A DNA stretch of 64,000 nucleotides from Paraspadella gotoi (lineage: Eukaryota > Animalia > Chaetognatha). The stretch is taken from assembly GCA_051294375.1 (NCBI GenBank), contig CM119266.1:1-64000 (forward strand), read 5' to 3'. Of this stretch, positions 38,385-52,589 are shown piece by piece (position 1 is the stretch's first letter; each line of letters starts with the position of its first letter). The position numbers were made by a program, and so were the translations under genes. The notes under the pieces were generated by a model that worked only from the letters and a program-made list of their open reading frames with translations, was not told the DNA's origin and made no database searches.

Positions 38385-39347
38385 CATGGTGACAATTTTA
38401 CAAGCGCGGTAGAAATACGCTGTCATTTGGCAAACCAGTGGTTATTTCATTGATTTTAAAATTTAGTTGAGTAGAAAATACTAAAACTATTTTTGTGTTA
38501 AAATTTTATATTGATCAGTTAAGATATGCCTTGACAATGAGTGGAGAAAGTTGGCTTGTAAAATCGGGTTTCATTTTCCAACTCACTTTTTTTAGATTCA
38601 ATTTTTTTCTCTTACTTTCAGTTTCAGTAAGTTTTCTGAAGAAATTTAAATAAAATAGTATTAATTTTATTAATCTTCTGAAAGCCCTTTCATATCTAAA
38701 AAGAATGACGTACTTACAAATACTGTAGTATAAAATTTAACTGGCCAGCTTTAATTTAATTTGGATACTCAAAAACGAGACATCTTTTTAAAAATCAATA
38801 GCTGGAGAGTAAATTTAATGATATTTATCAAATTGTGATTGGCTATCTTAAATCCTTTTTCTCAGGCTCTTTCATGATACTTATATAAATAATAATATTT
38901 TATGTTATAATAATTTAAAAGGTCATATATTTTGAAAAAAGATTTAAAATTTTAAATAATTCACTTTTGACACTCTTAATTGAACCAAGGCTGGGAGCTC
39001 ACTTTTTATGTTAGAGCTTTCGTAAGTATATCATTCTCTTTATATTTTTAAGGGCTTTCTGAGGATATTAATATTGTTAATATTCTAATAAACCCTTTGT
39101 TTAAAAAAGTGTTAAAAGTTCAAAAAAAAATTGAATTTAAAAACAGTGAGTTGGAAAATGAAACCCGATTTTACAAGCCAAATTTCTCCACTCATTGTCA
39201 AGCCATATCTTAACTGATCAATATAAAATTTTAACACATAAATAGTTTTAGTATTTTCTACTCAACTAATTTTTAAAATCAATAAAATAACCATTGGTTT
39301 ACAAATGACAGCGTATTTCTACCGGCGCTTGTAAAATTGTCACCATG
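38385..39347. mobile_element. Tc1/mariner-type MITE with ~210-bp TIRs
   Basis: ta-catggtgacaattttacaagcgc...gcgcttgtaaaattgtcaccatg-ta; truncated copies at 24363-25165 (opposite orientation) and 29454-29688. Confidence 0.85.
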
Positions 39348-40296
39348 TATATAATAATATATATATATATATATAAATATTAAATATTAAATAAGATATT
39401 TTGTACCCCGCAAGCTTTCAATCACGACAAGGAGAGAAATTGTTTTCCCCTAAAAAGTAGTTCAATGTATTTAAGAACTTTTAGAATTGTATAAATGGAG
39501 CACTTTTTTAACATAATCGAAAGGTTTTGAAATTATTCACTAGACAATTTTCATCTTACATATAATAAATATCTGACCAAGCAAAATTTTAATTTTTAAA
39601 GAGGATCTCATGGCACTGTTCGTGTTCAGCTCTCAGTAGCGATTATATTAATTAACTTTTTTAAAATTTTTTTCCCCTAAGTTGATTCGGGGAAATGAAT
39701 GAATAAATGAATCTTAAGTCAGTCCTTTCGTTTGACTCTGAATTCCGTGGAGAAATAATTTTGAGAAAAGTAAGAATAAGAATTTATCATCATCAGTCAA
39801 GTGCTGAACCGTTTTGTCTTCGCCGGAATAGGATTTTTAGGAGACTGGATTGTCGAGGGGCATAAGGAAAGGGATCCTCTATATTTTGCTTAATATCGTT
39901 GAGTCTCATTTAGGATCCCAGTTATCATCAACATCAAAGAATCGACGCTCGTTTCAAATGAGAAACAAAGAGTTATAAAAATGCACCGAAGACATGGGAA
40001 AAGGCTATTAATGATATTAATATGAGAACTTTCGAAAGTAATTAAATCATCCTGATGTCTTGAGCTAATTATGGAAAAAAAAACATGGAAACCAAGTAAG
40101 AAAACTCCTCTCAATCGCCAAAGATTCCTCAGGCGACATGGAAACAGATTCTCCGCTCAAGTCTCGATCTAAAAAAAGGAAAGATTTTTGAGATAAAAAT
40201 CGATTTTGGGTCAGAAACTGAATTTCCCGATTTTCGTGCGCGGAAGAAAAAAAATACTCCGCTTTCTCTCCGGACACGCGGTACAAATTTTTGATA

Positions 40297-40417
<121 letters not shown>

Positions 40418-40790
40418 TCTCTATGCTCGTGCAAAAACCCGCATGACTCTTCTCTTCTTTCCATCATTATGTTCCTTCTTTCCATCTTGGTGACTTTTTA
40501 TCTTTTCTTTCCATCTTCCTTCCCGGGCCTTTCTCTCCCGATCTTCTTTCTTCGTCAAACTTCCTTTTTTTTCTTTTTCCTTCTTTTTTTGGGACACTCT
40601 CTCAAGTCCTTGCTTTCCATAATCTTTTTCGCCGGCGTTTTACTGTAATTTCATCGACGAAAATATAAAACAAAATCTTTAAAATTGAATTAAAAATGAA
40701 AATCAAAGCAGATAACCCGCACCTTCATCATCCTGTCATCTCTCGGACGGAAAACAAACAAAAAGACATCGAGTTTTTAAAATCGTTTTA

Positions 40791-40875
<85 letters not shown>

Positions 40876-41150
40876 GTAGCGGTGGATAACAATTTTTAGT
40901 TTAAAAACCCGCATTAGCAGAGGAGAAAGAGGAAGAGGGAGCAAAGCCCTGGTTTTGGATTAAAGTAGGAAAATGTTGGTTTCGACAACAACGACATCGA
41001 CGACAACAACAACAACAACGACAACTGCGAGGACTGTGCGGTTTTCTGTTCCCCGGTCGTAAACATAAAATACGATTTGCTTATGTGGACAATTTCTTCA
41101 ATAATTTCATGTTTTTTTGGCTCTCTCTCTCTCCATCATGCTCTCTCTCA

Positions 41151-41207
<57 letters not shown>

Positions 41208-42315
41208 GCCCAATCCCACTACTGGCATTGTCTATAATTTATATCTTGTCCTACTTTGCGTTTCACTTTTTCCCCATTAAAGCCGCTTTGTTCTTTCCTC
41301 TCTCTTTCTCTTCTCTCTCTTTCTCTTTCTCTTTCTTCTCTCTCTCTTCTCATCGCTCTCCTCTTCCCTCTCTCCTCGTCCTCTGCCTCATGCCATCTCT
41401 CTCATCTCTCTGCTCCTCATCTCATACATTCGCCCTCTTTCAATTTCTTAATTTTATCTTTCTTTCCTGCAACTTACCCAAAGAATTTTATGGTCTTGCC
41501 GTTCAATTCCATCTGATTTCGTCGTATGCAGTCCCTTCTGGTCATATTAATAATAATAATATTTTCAATTAAATAACAATTTTCATTTTCATTTAAACCT
41601 AACGTTTGCCTTGCTCCATGTCCCAATGTTAATAGACTTCATAAAACAAACCTTGTGTTCCGTTCAAACTCCAGAAGAGCTCTGCCCTACTTTCGCCTAA
41701 ATCCCAAAGCCTAATGGTCACGATTGTCACGCATTTGATGGAGCCTTTCTTAAATGTGTTCAGCATTAAAGATTGATATACTCATTACTCAGTCCTCATA
41801 AGTTTAAACTATTACTCTAGTCTGTTACAGTTATAATCAAACAAAGTCAAATTATAATCCAACGTAAAATGCAGAAAGAAAAGGCGATATATATGAGCAT
41901 TTTTTTCTCACCGCCAGAGGGAAACCATTTGAGGTCACGTGCCGAAACCGCGTGTCCTCTTCATCTTTTATTCTCCGCCATTTTGGCAGAAGGAAGTTCC
42001 TCACGAGTTTCACGAGTCCCTCGAGTTCTTCCAGGGTTTCCATGGTTTTCAATGTGGTTGCCATGGTAACAATGGTTGCCAGGAATAAAACCGTTGGGTT
42101 GTCATAATTTGTGAGAGTTTATAACTTTACTGTTTGAAGACATTCGTACCTCTCTTCTTTTTATGTTCTTTTTTTTTACATTTCTGCGTAATTTGATTTT
42201 GAATTTGATTTCTTTGTACAAATTTTGTCAATTTAAACTGTTATTTTTTTGTCAATTTTTTTATTATCCAAAATGACATCCCTCTCTTCGTAGAGCGACT
42301 CAAGCCTCGACCCGG

Positions 42316-42430
42316 ATGTCGTTGAAACTTAAGGTCGACGTCGTCGACGCCGGCGTCACGAAAACCGTCGAGTTTCGCGGCTCCGATTTGGTCTTCGACG
42401 CCGGCCGGAAAATTCAAGCTAAAATACCGG
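42316..42430 (+). CDS. Talin-like FERM F0 subdomain, first coding exon (partial gene)
   Basis: Acceptor cttcgtag| at 42293, ATG 42316, MSLKLKVDVVDAGVTKTVEFRGSDLVFDAGRKIQAKIP(G)|gtgagt; resembles talin N-terminus 'LSLKI....V.KT.QF.....V.DAC..I...IP'. Confidence 0.8.
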
Positions 42431-42686
42431 GTGAGTTGATGCCAAGGCTCTCTCTNNNNNNNNNNNNNNNNNNNNNNNNNNNNNNNNNNNNNNNNNNNNN
42501 NNNNNNNNNNNNNNNNNNNNNNNNNNNNNNNNNNNNNNNNNNNNNNNNNNNNNNNTATTCTCCTTTTCTTTTTCCCCTTTCTGTCGCCAGGGAGGAATAT
42601 TCCCCACATCTTCATTCCTTTCTCGTTCTTCCTTGTTAATTCTTTTTTTTTTTTCTTTACTCTCACTTTCTCTCTCTCTCTGTCTG

Positions 42687-42743
<57 letters not shown>

Positions 42744-42943
42744 CTCACAACCCTTCATTCCGCCAAGAACGAAGAAAGAAGAAGAAGAAGAAGAAGAGAA
42801 AGGTGAGGGGCAGAAGAGGATGAAAAGGAACAGCAGACCAGAGACAACTTTTCATTCCTACCAGCATATTATAATCTCTATCTATCTCTCTCTCCCCTCT
42901 CTCTTTCTCTCTCCTTCTCTCCCTCCTCTCTCCTCTGTATTTC

Positions 42944-43004
<61 letters not shown>

Positions 43005-43765
43005 CCACTCCTCCCTCCACCCCGAGCCATTTCCAGATTAATCAACATTGTTTTATTCGCGACCTCTTGAAAAAACCACTCATTCTTCAGATTCCTCTTT
43101 CTACCATCGTATAAAGGGAAAGAAAAGAAGAGGAGAGAAGAACCGGAAAGGAAGAAAAAGAGAAAAAAGGGACAAGGAAAGAGGTAAAAAGGGATAAGGA
43201 TTTTTTGTCTTCCCGATCGCCCGGCTCTCTCTAGTTTTGTTATTTTCGTCTTATCCTTCTTTTTCATCTTTTATTCATCGACCACCCGGTACAATACTTC
43301 TACAGCCCAACAAGTACCCGTTCGTCTCGCTTTCCTTCTCCGACTTTCTTCCAAAACCCCAGGCCCGAGTTTCAACGCCGACGACGCACGACAGATGTCA
43401 TGCGGAGAGAAAAGGAATTGTACTAGTGCTAGCGACTAGTCCGAACAAAATTCAAATTTTAATGCCTGCGCAAATAGTATTAAAACGAATCTATTATTGG
43501 TATTTAGTTATTTGTAATGTATAAAATATTTTTCTTTGCAAACACATCTTCAGAAAACCGCCTAACCAGCACATGCCGCATACGAATTGTATGTATTCGC
43601 TAATTCAAATTATTATTTTCTTATATTAATGTAAATACATTTTTTTGGGAAACGGATATTTTTTTAAGTTTTATTGAATTATTCTGATAGAGCTAAAAAG
43701 TTACGGCCAAAAAAATTGAACTATATTCAACAACTTTTTAAAAAATTATTGATGTTTATAATGGA

Positions 43766-44502
43766 TGGTGATAAGGCGCTACGTCGGCCTGAAGAGACTG
43801 TCCTAACATTCTCATTAAAACACCCCTTCTAGCAGCCATGAACGGGTCCCTGGGACTTGGAACACAGGGCTTGAGGGTTTGCCATGCCCCCAAGGCGGCT
43901 CTACCGGCCGTCCCTCACGACTTCCCGAAAGGGTAAGGTACCGATGTGGGATTGAACACCCGTTACTAGTGGTATGGAGCAGATGGCATATTACTCAATG
44001 AAGCCACCGGGCTCACAACTGAAGCGATCATGTTTCTAGGCGGGCTGAACTAGGGCCAATGCCGACTACATGCCCCCCAGATATGTAACCACCCTGCACT
44101 GCCTTCCAGTGGAGGGAGGGGAGCCAATCTTCAGCTAGACCAAGGGCCTGGAATCAGGAAGTTTGGAATCAACGCTCGACAGGATTGGGCTCACAGTGTG
44201 GATAAGGCGCTACGGGGCTGAGATGACTGTCCGTAACTTCTATTTAACCCCCTCTAGCAGCCATGGACGGGTCCCTGGGCCCTTGGAACCAGGCTTGAGG
44301 TTTCGCCATTGCCCCCAAGGCGGCTCGGCCGTTCGCTCACGCTTCCCGCAGGGTACGGTACCCGTGTTGGGATTGAACCCCAACCGGTACCTAGTGCGTC
44401 CTATGAGCTTGATGCTTTACTCAATGAGCCACCGCCGGTCACAAACTGAAGCGTTCACTGGTCTTTCTAGGCGGGCGTGAACGCTAGCAATGCCCGACTA
44501 CA
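43766..44502 (-). mobile_element. TRIM-like miniature LTR retroelement with tRNA-like sequence in both LTRs
   Basis: Two ~305-bp direct repeats (43766-44070, 44197-44502) with TG..CA ends, 126-bp spacer with PBS-like tgtgagcccaat and PPT-like ggggggca on the minus strand; A-box (ggtggctcattg) and B-box (gttcaatcc) inside each repeat. Confidence 0.7.
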
Positions 44503-44519
44503 ATTTATTACTGAAAATG

Positions 44520-46674
44520 AGCAAAAATACTAAAGATCATCGATAGCATCACGCATATCTATATCATACTATTTTATACACGTAAACGTTTCCATTGCCA
44601 TCAAAACGCGTTACTTGTTTACTCGTGCCCATGCAACGGCCACGAAATCCAAGTCAAGTAAGCATAATTCTTTCACATTTTCTCAAAAAATCCATGAAAA
44701 ATCTCACAGATGTAAATTTGCGGATTTGTATTTCGAGAAAAAAGCGCGGGAATAAATGGCGGTTTAGAATGGTTTTTAGAAGGAAAAAAAATAATCAGAA
44801 TCTTTTTCAAAAAAAACGAACGATCAGGCATGAGATCGTACAGAGAGAGAGAGATGAGAGAGACAGACGAGAGACGAGAGAGACAAAGCTGGAACCAAGC
44901 TGTGGAAGGCCGCTGCTTACAGCACTTGCAGATGCCTGGAACTCGCTTTTTCTAAATTTTTTTTTTATAGTGTTAAAGTAAAGGGCAGAGGTAACCACCA
45001 TTGCTAATGAATAGCAAATATCAAAACTTATAATCAAGTATATATATATATATAGTAACTATATATAAATAGTAAAACTACATATATATAAATATAAAGC
45101 TCACGCAGCGCATCAAACAAGGAAAAAGACACTAATAAAAAAACAGACAAAGAGACGCTTAAAAACGAAATGAGACGCTAACAGAAATACAAAACACTAT
45201 CATCATCGTAAGTGTAAGAGTACCACGGCTATATATCACCGTAACATATATCATGTAAGCTTGTAAGAGTAAAAATTAATTTCCTACCATCACCAATAAT
45301 AGAAAACACTATCACATAAATGCAATTAGTAAAATAATCCCTTCACCAAATTAAAGAACAACCATACAATATCAACCGCCTATAAATCTGAAACAAAACG
45401 GCTACCCAAACATAAAACACAATAAAAGACGTTAATAAAAAATTTCTTACAAAGGTATAGTGATCTCGCCTTTTTTACTATCAACAGAAAAATTTGAACA
45501 TAATCTAATTCTGCATATTGCCAGTAAATCCATAATTAAATAGGGAAATTACAAACAAAAATCATTTTAATCGATATGAAACCAAAGAAAATGACCACAC
45601 ATTTACAAACTTCCTCACTGCCTCACCATATAATGAAACTCGATAACTAGATAGTTAAAAGTTTTCGAAAATGCTGCCGAAGTTAAACAAAATTTATGTA
45701 AGTTAAAAAAAGATTATGCAAGTATAACAAATTACTAAATACTTAAGGACGTGGTCTTATTCATAACAATTGAAATATTCTTCTTTTGAAATCATTTTCC
45801 ACGTCTCATTTCGAAAAAAAGCCAGGTACTCTGGGAGTGACATAAACGAGACTGTTGAGAGAGTTCTTGATTGACAAGCTCTCAGGCGAACCTGCTACTG
45901 TCATTATCTTGTAAGAGTGATGGAGAGGCTTTTAAACCAACCAAAGGCCTGTCCAACCAGTCAGGAGGCCAAGATAGCTTATTTATTAATATGAATGGAT
46001 TAAATTTATATTGGTTGTTAACCAATTTCATAAAAAAAATTATGCAATTTTGAAAAAATTATGCAACGTTAAGAAAATTATGCAAGTTGCCAAAAATTAT
46101 GCAAATTTGAAAAAAATATGCTAGTTGAAAAAATTTATTGCAAGTTAAATAAATTATGCAAATTGAAAAAAAGTATACAAGTTTGAAAAAATTATGCAAG
46201 TTAAAAAATAATGCAAGTTGCCAAAAATTATGCAAATTGAAAAAAAATATTGCGAGTTGAAAAAATTAAGCAGAGTTTGAAAAAATTATGCAAGTTAAAA
46301 AATTATGCTATGTTTAAAAGAACTTATGCAAAGTTAAAAATTATTGCAAGTTGAAAAATTATGCAAGTTTAAAAAAGTATGCAAGTCGGCAAGATCCATA
46401 AAAGTGTTGGATGCCAACGACAACGACGACGACGACGTCACAAATCAGATCAGAAGCAATAGCGGACGGAGAAAAAGAGAGAGAGAGAGCAATATATAAT
46501 TAAAAGAGAGATAAGAAGCTGAACTCGTCCGGAGCCTCGGAGGGTAGCGCGAGCACCTCCCAATCAAAGGACTCGGTTTCGCGCCCTGCTTGATGAAAAA
46601 AAAACTGAATAACAATTTTTTTGGTTAAAAAAAAAAGGAAAAGAGAGAGAGAGAGGAGACGAGAGAGAGTGTGA

Positions 46675-46705
<31 letters not shown>

Positions 46706-48007
46706 AGAAGGGAGAGAAGAGTGAGAAGAGAGTAGAGAGAGAGACGTTTGCCCACCAACGAGACGCATTATTAGGTCACTCATCGTTTAGTATCGTTATC
46801 CGCATGCGTCGGCAACGGCGGTACGTGAATTGGGTCATTGTTGAATTTTTTTGTATACACGTAATGCATTATAGGTCATTTCCTCGACATGTGTTTACTT
46901 GTTGCGCCCGCACGACCACGAAATCTTTAAGTAATTATTGTATGCTTGGGGATTTTGTATTGAGATAAAATAATAAATGGCGATAAATAAAAGTTTTAGA
47001 CAAGAAAAAAAATAATCAGGAATTTTTCAAAAACGAACCGATCACACAAAAGATCATACAAGAGAGACAGACACACAGAGAGAGACCAGAGAGAGAAATA
47101 AGAGAGAGACACACACAGAGAACAGAAGAGGAGACAAGAGAGAGAGAGACAGACAGGAGAGGATCCACAAACAAGATATTTAGAACGTGATAGAAATGAA
47201 AATTAGGATCCCTATTAACAAAATATATAGTTGACAATACTCAGTTAACGACTATGATATTTTTTGATTTCCGCGAAATATTTTTTTTACCTTATCAAAA
47301 AAAAATTTTATTTCTTCATGTTTAATAAATTTTAATCTTGAATAAGAAATATTTGATTGTTCTTTTTTTTGGAAGAAAACCCAGACCAAGGTCAATTGTA
47401 TATTTGCATATTTAATTATTTATAAATAGTTAAGCAAAACTAAACATAATTATTAGTTTGAAAAAAGATAAAAAAGATTTAATATATACACTAAAAATAT
47501 TTATACATTTAATAATAGTCACAAAATTATCAGAATAACAAAAAAGTAATGTTTAATTTGACTATATTCTCTCTTCTCGACTCCTATTTTTAGATATAAT
47601 TTGCTAAAAGTGGGCCGAACCGGTCCAAAGTTTACAGTAATAAATAAAACCAAAACAAAATTATTTTTTTAAAAAATTGATAAATACATACATGCAGGTA
47701 TCGCCACGCTGTCACATTTAGCTGCAGCAGCATGTTGAACAGTATGCAATGTCGATTGATAGCGTTATTGTCTAAAAATGTAAACACGAAAGTCTCGGAT
47801 GTAAATTTGGGGTTCTTGTGAATTTAAAAAAATGGCGATAATAAAAAGTTTTTTAAAGGAAAAAAATATACCAGAATTTTCAAAAAACGAAACGATCACG
47901 CAAGAGATTCGTACAGGAGAGAGAGTAGAGCAGGAAAGAGATGAGAGAGAGAGAGAGAGAGAGAGAAGAGAGAGAGGAGACGAGGAAGAAGAAGCTGACG
48001 AGCTGAA

Positions 48008-48047
<40 letters not shown>

Positions 48048-48106
48048 CAGATGAGAGAAAGAGTATAGAGAGAGAGAGCGCGAGAGAGAGAGAGAGAGAG
48101 ACGAGC

Positions 48107-48140
<34 letters not shown>

Positions 48141-49275
48141 AGAGAGAGAGACGAGAGAGAGAGAGAGAGCCGGAACTCGATGGTGAAAAAAAGTGACTAA
48201 AAATTCAAAAAAAAAAAAAAAAGATAGAGAAGAGTGAGAGAGAGAGAGACAGGGAGAGGAGAGAGAGAGGAGGAAAAGTTTTCCCGCCAACGATACGCAA
48301 ATATTAGGTCACTCTCGTTATAATCGGTTATCCGTTGCCTAGCAACGGCGACGTGATCTCGGTCAATTGTTATTTTTTTTATACACGTAACGTTTCCGTT
48401 GCCATCAAAACGCGTTATTTAGGTCATGTTCCTCGATATAGTTGGTTGAAATGCAGGTCAAGTAAGATATTCTTAACATTTTCTCCAACAAATCCAAGAG
48501 AATCTCGGATGTAAATTTGGGATTTTGTATGTGAAAAAAAGCGTGAATAAATGGCAATAATAAAAGTTTTAGAAGGAAAAAAATAATCAGAATTTTTCAA
48601 AAAACGAACGATCAGGCATGAGTCGATCAGAGAGAAAGAGAGACAAATATATATATATAATTTAAAGAAATAAAGAAAGGCAAAAAAAGTTACAATGGTT
48701 TAGCAATTGGAAATTTTCCAATTTTTCCAATCGCAGCTTGTAAAGATTTAATTATATTTGTATTAAAATTAAGATATAGCTTCTATTAAAAAAAATCCTT
48801 TGAGTTCCCATTTTTATTAAAAATTTAAAACAATTTTTTGAATTTCATCTTCAATATTATATACTGCAATATGTAAATTAGATTAAGGCATTTCTATATA
48901 CTAATTTGGATATTATAATGAGTACTTTAATCTCATTGCATATTGCAGTAAATCATAATGAAGTAGAAATTCAAACAAAAATACTTAAATCAATGTAATA
49001 TGAAAATTATCACAGCTATTTCAAGATGAAAAGCCATATCTAAATTTTTATACTATGATCGCACCCTTTTGTAAAACTTTATTCATAATTCATGAATAAT
49101 TTTTATTTATAATAAAAAACGGTAAGTCACAGCCAAACCTATAAAAGCGTAGTAGTTTTTATATATGAAAACAGCTGTGACGGACGACGACGACGACGAC
49201 CGACGACGTCACAAAGAAGCACCCTAAAACATTATAGAGCCTGACCGGCTTTCGCCGGTCAAGGCTCGATAAAAA
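44520..49275 (-). mobile_element. HINE-like family B composite array
   Basis: Terminal hairpin gagcctgaccggc-tttc-gccggtcaaggctcgat (49238-49270) followed on minus strand by (GTC)n; repeated units (gccatcaaaacgcgtta..., aaaacgaacgatcacgcaagagat) at ~44.6, 46.8, 47.8, 48.3 kb, also 22.1 and 32.8-33.1 kb; internal boundaries uncertain. Confidence 0.55.
46030..46390. repeat. Degenerate ~20-bp tandem repeat (aaaaattatgcaagttg)
   Basis: More than a dozen imperfect copies; a shorter related array at 21390-21440. Confidence 0.8.
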
Positions 49276-52200
49276 CCACTATAAAATATACAGACGCCTA
49301 ATATAGATATGTGGTCCCTCAATACCCAAAACAAGATACCCTCATTGATTAAATAAGTTTCAATAGCCAATTTTAACAAGATACCCTCATTGATTAAATA
49401 AGTTCCATAGTCAAATTTTAACCCGTTTAATTAAGTTTCCCCACTCTATGGTCCCATCCTCATTTAATGTACCAGTACATTTCCCAATAAGATTCGTATT
49501 TAAAACTTCCCAATTTGCCATTTAATTTTGGCAACTCAATAATCTTGTTCTAAGTCCTTTCTCAAATGGAATAACAAATTATTTTCCCACAGTCTTTCAA
49601 CTGCCGACTCAACATGCCTAATCCTCTCTGCTCTCATCTTGAATATAACAGATCTTAAAGTAAATCCTAATTTATTTCTTAACCTCACTTTAGCCCCTTG
49701 TCTCATTAAGCCTAAGCTCATCTCTCGTTTATCTACTTGCTTATCATCAAATTTTAACAATGTCACACTCAACTTCTCCCAAGTCTTAAAACCACTTCAA
49801 ACTGAGTCAAAATATGCCATCGTTCACGTGCTACAAAACTACAAAGATCACAATACCATCACCTCTTCCTACATAGGCATAATCCATGTATGCTGTCCAG
49901 AAATTTAAATTAACCTGGCGCCAAAATAGACGATCTAACATAGTAAGAAGTATCAGAGTACATAATTGCTCCCAAATGGCCTTCCACTCAGTTAGTTAAA
50001 CTAATTCCAAGTACTCTTTCCCATTTTCTTCATAATGCTACCACTCTTAAATTAACTCTCAATGAGATAAGTTTCCGCAAATGACATTTCACTCAACCTC
50101 CTATTGCTCCTTGTAACCTCTAAAATGAAGTCAGGAGGATGATCATTGGAACATATTTTCAACTTGCTCCCTCACTCTACATTACAGTATCAAATTTTAA
50201 CTATAATTCAAGGTGAGCGAACTAACTAGAATTATGTAAATTTAATTACATTTGCAAGGCCTATTTACAGTACAATCATAAGTAAAATTCAAAAACAGTT
50301 TTTTTTTAGATTGCGTGGTTCGTCTTAAGTTGTAAAGTCTTTTTAATCCTCATGGGTCAAAATAGCATAACGAATACTTTTATAAATAGGTTTTATACCA
50401 TGAAGATAAAATGATATCTATCATTGATGAAATCTCTGAACAATAAGATTAATTTTTCATTATAGAATACATATTAATTAGTACTCAAAAAACAATTATC
50501 AAATGTTCACGGATTCTAAATTACATAAATTGTTGCTACGCTCTCATATATAAAAATCCTTTTCCTCTGAGAGCGTGGAGTTTCATTCATTGGCATATTC
50601 AAAAATTGACCAACAGTCTCAATTCCTCGTTCTACTATATTATAAATGACTTTAAAACTATTCCATCTGAATCAGTCACATTTGTATTATGTAACAAATG
50701 GTAATTATCAATAGACAATTACCCGGTTCAAATTTGAAAGGCAAGCATGACCAAGCCCTTACAGGCCTCAGCATAAAAACCCGACCACATACAATGGTTA
50801 ATCCCGCTTACTTTTTGCCCTAAGGCTATCCAATCCATAAAAGCCGCATGCTTTGTCTCCGATAAGCTCATCTGCTAAAACTCTAGCAAAAAGTTCCCTC
50901 GGCATGTTAACAACCTTTTAATCCACATTATTCTCTGTGCTTTAACCTTATCTTCTGATATCCATTAATTGCGCTCCACCATTATAATAAGAATCCCTCA
51001 GCCTATCCTTAGCAATCTCTTTTCTACCCATAAAAAATCCAATTTTCTACTTCAGTTTCTAAAGCTAATATCTCCCCACGGAGGCGTCAACAATTCTGTT
51101 CTGTACCATAAAGCAGAGAATACAGAAATATATTAGTAACCTTTGCTCTTCCTAAGGTTGACAATGGCCGAGTTTTCCAGAGGGTCAACTTTGACTTGAT
51201 ACCTTAAAAAACATCAGCAAAATTTGCTTTTATTCAAATCACCTCGACCTACCCACATTCCTAAGACCTTTGCCATGTCTTTCCAGGTCCAGACCACAGA
51301 AAATCCTTTAGCTTTATCCTTCCAAGGCCCTCACCACAACCCCCACTGACTTACCCCTTTTAACCCTCTGACCCTGCTGCCTTTCCATAACGTACATGCC
51401 TTTTCCATTAAACCTCTCTATGATGCTCTCTGACCCAGGAAAACCCTAGGTGTCATCAACATAGACCCCTACTTTCTTCTCAACCCCTTTAATTTAATAC
51501 CTTCTTATCATTCTTATCCTTCCTAATGGAGTTTGCAAAAAACCTCAGCCACTAAAATATATAAGTCATTGAAGGAGAATCACCCTATCTCAATCCCCTC
51601 TCAACCAATATCTCATCAGACCAATGCCCATTAACTAATATTCTACTAGTTACCTTATTATAGAATGTCCTTACCCAACTAATTAAATTTCTACCAAACC
51701 AAATTTTTTAAAAGTTTTTAAACCATTACTGTGGTCAACCCGATCGAAACATTTCTCAAGATCCAAAAAAACAAAAGCGCCTCCTACCTCATGAATTCTA
51801 CAATTATCTATGACATCCTGTATTACATGCAAAATATCTGATATTTTTTTCTCCCTGGTAAGCCTGCCTGCCTGATCCTCATGCACCAATCCAGGTAAAA
51901 CCTCTAATCGTGCATTAATACAACCACTTATAATTTTATAATCTACATTTACTAAACTGACAGGTCTATAATTTTTGACATCCTCTCTATCACCCTTCTT
52001 ATATATAAGACGATCAGCTCCTTCTGACATTGACCTCGTCACCCTTCCACTCTGAAAAATCCACTCAATCACTTCCATGAAGTCAATTGCCACCAAACCC
52101 CAAAAGCATTTCCAGAATTCTGCAGGGAAACCATCAGCCCCAGGCGACTTACCCGAGGCCATTCCCCTTAGAACCTGTTCTACTTCTTCCTTTTCAATCA

Positions 52201-52580
52201 TTCTTTCACACCTATCTTTTTGCTGGTCAGTCAGTCTCCTATTCACTCTACTTAAAAATTCATTTTGAATATTATCATCAATATCCCCTTTACTAAACAT
52301 TCCTATATAATGTTCATGAGCAACATGAAGAACGCCCTCTGACCCTTTCCTAAGCTGACCTTGTTTATCTTTTAATGCATAAATTAAACTACCATTAAAT
52401 CTCATTTTCTCAACCCTACTAAAATAAGCTAAACTAGGTTCCCTTGTCTCAAAATGAGGTGCTCGAGACCTTATCCTTGCCCCCTCAGCCTTCCTCTCTT
52501 CTTCTTCTACTAATTTTTCTTTGACATAAGCCAAATGATCCTTATTAAAAATAGATCCCTGACCATTTCGAATTTCATTT
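49275..52580 (-). mobile_element. 5'-truncated, frameshifted Tx1/L1-clade LINE (ORF2 reverse transcriptase)
   Basis: ORF 51683-52534: GARIRSRA, GKSPGADGFPAEFW, LIYKKGD..KNYRPVSLVNVDYKI, FLDLEKCFDRVDH; YVDD at ~51452-51463; C-terminal CDLC..H zinc-knuckle remnant near 49830; 46-bp direct repeat at ~49330-49420 in 3' region. Confidence 0.92.
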
Positions 52581-52589
52581 TCTAAAAAA

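Larger units (their letters stand above)
33976..38622 (+). repeat. ~4 kb duplicated block, copy 2 (plus 571-bp insertion)
   Basis: Near-identical to 25652-29688 from ttaagctttcaagactc onward. Confidence 0.95.

Noticed and set aside
44290-44345. HDV-like ribozyme in the TRIM LTR (gcaatggcgaaacc on minus strand)
   Set aside because: Could not build P1/P3/L3, and the motif is not preserved in the other LTR.
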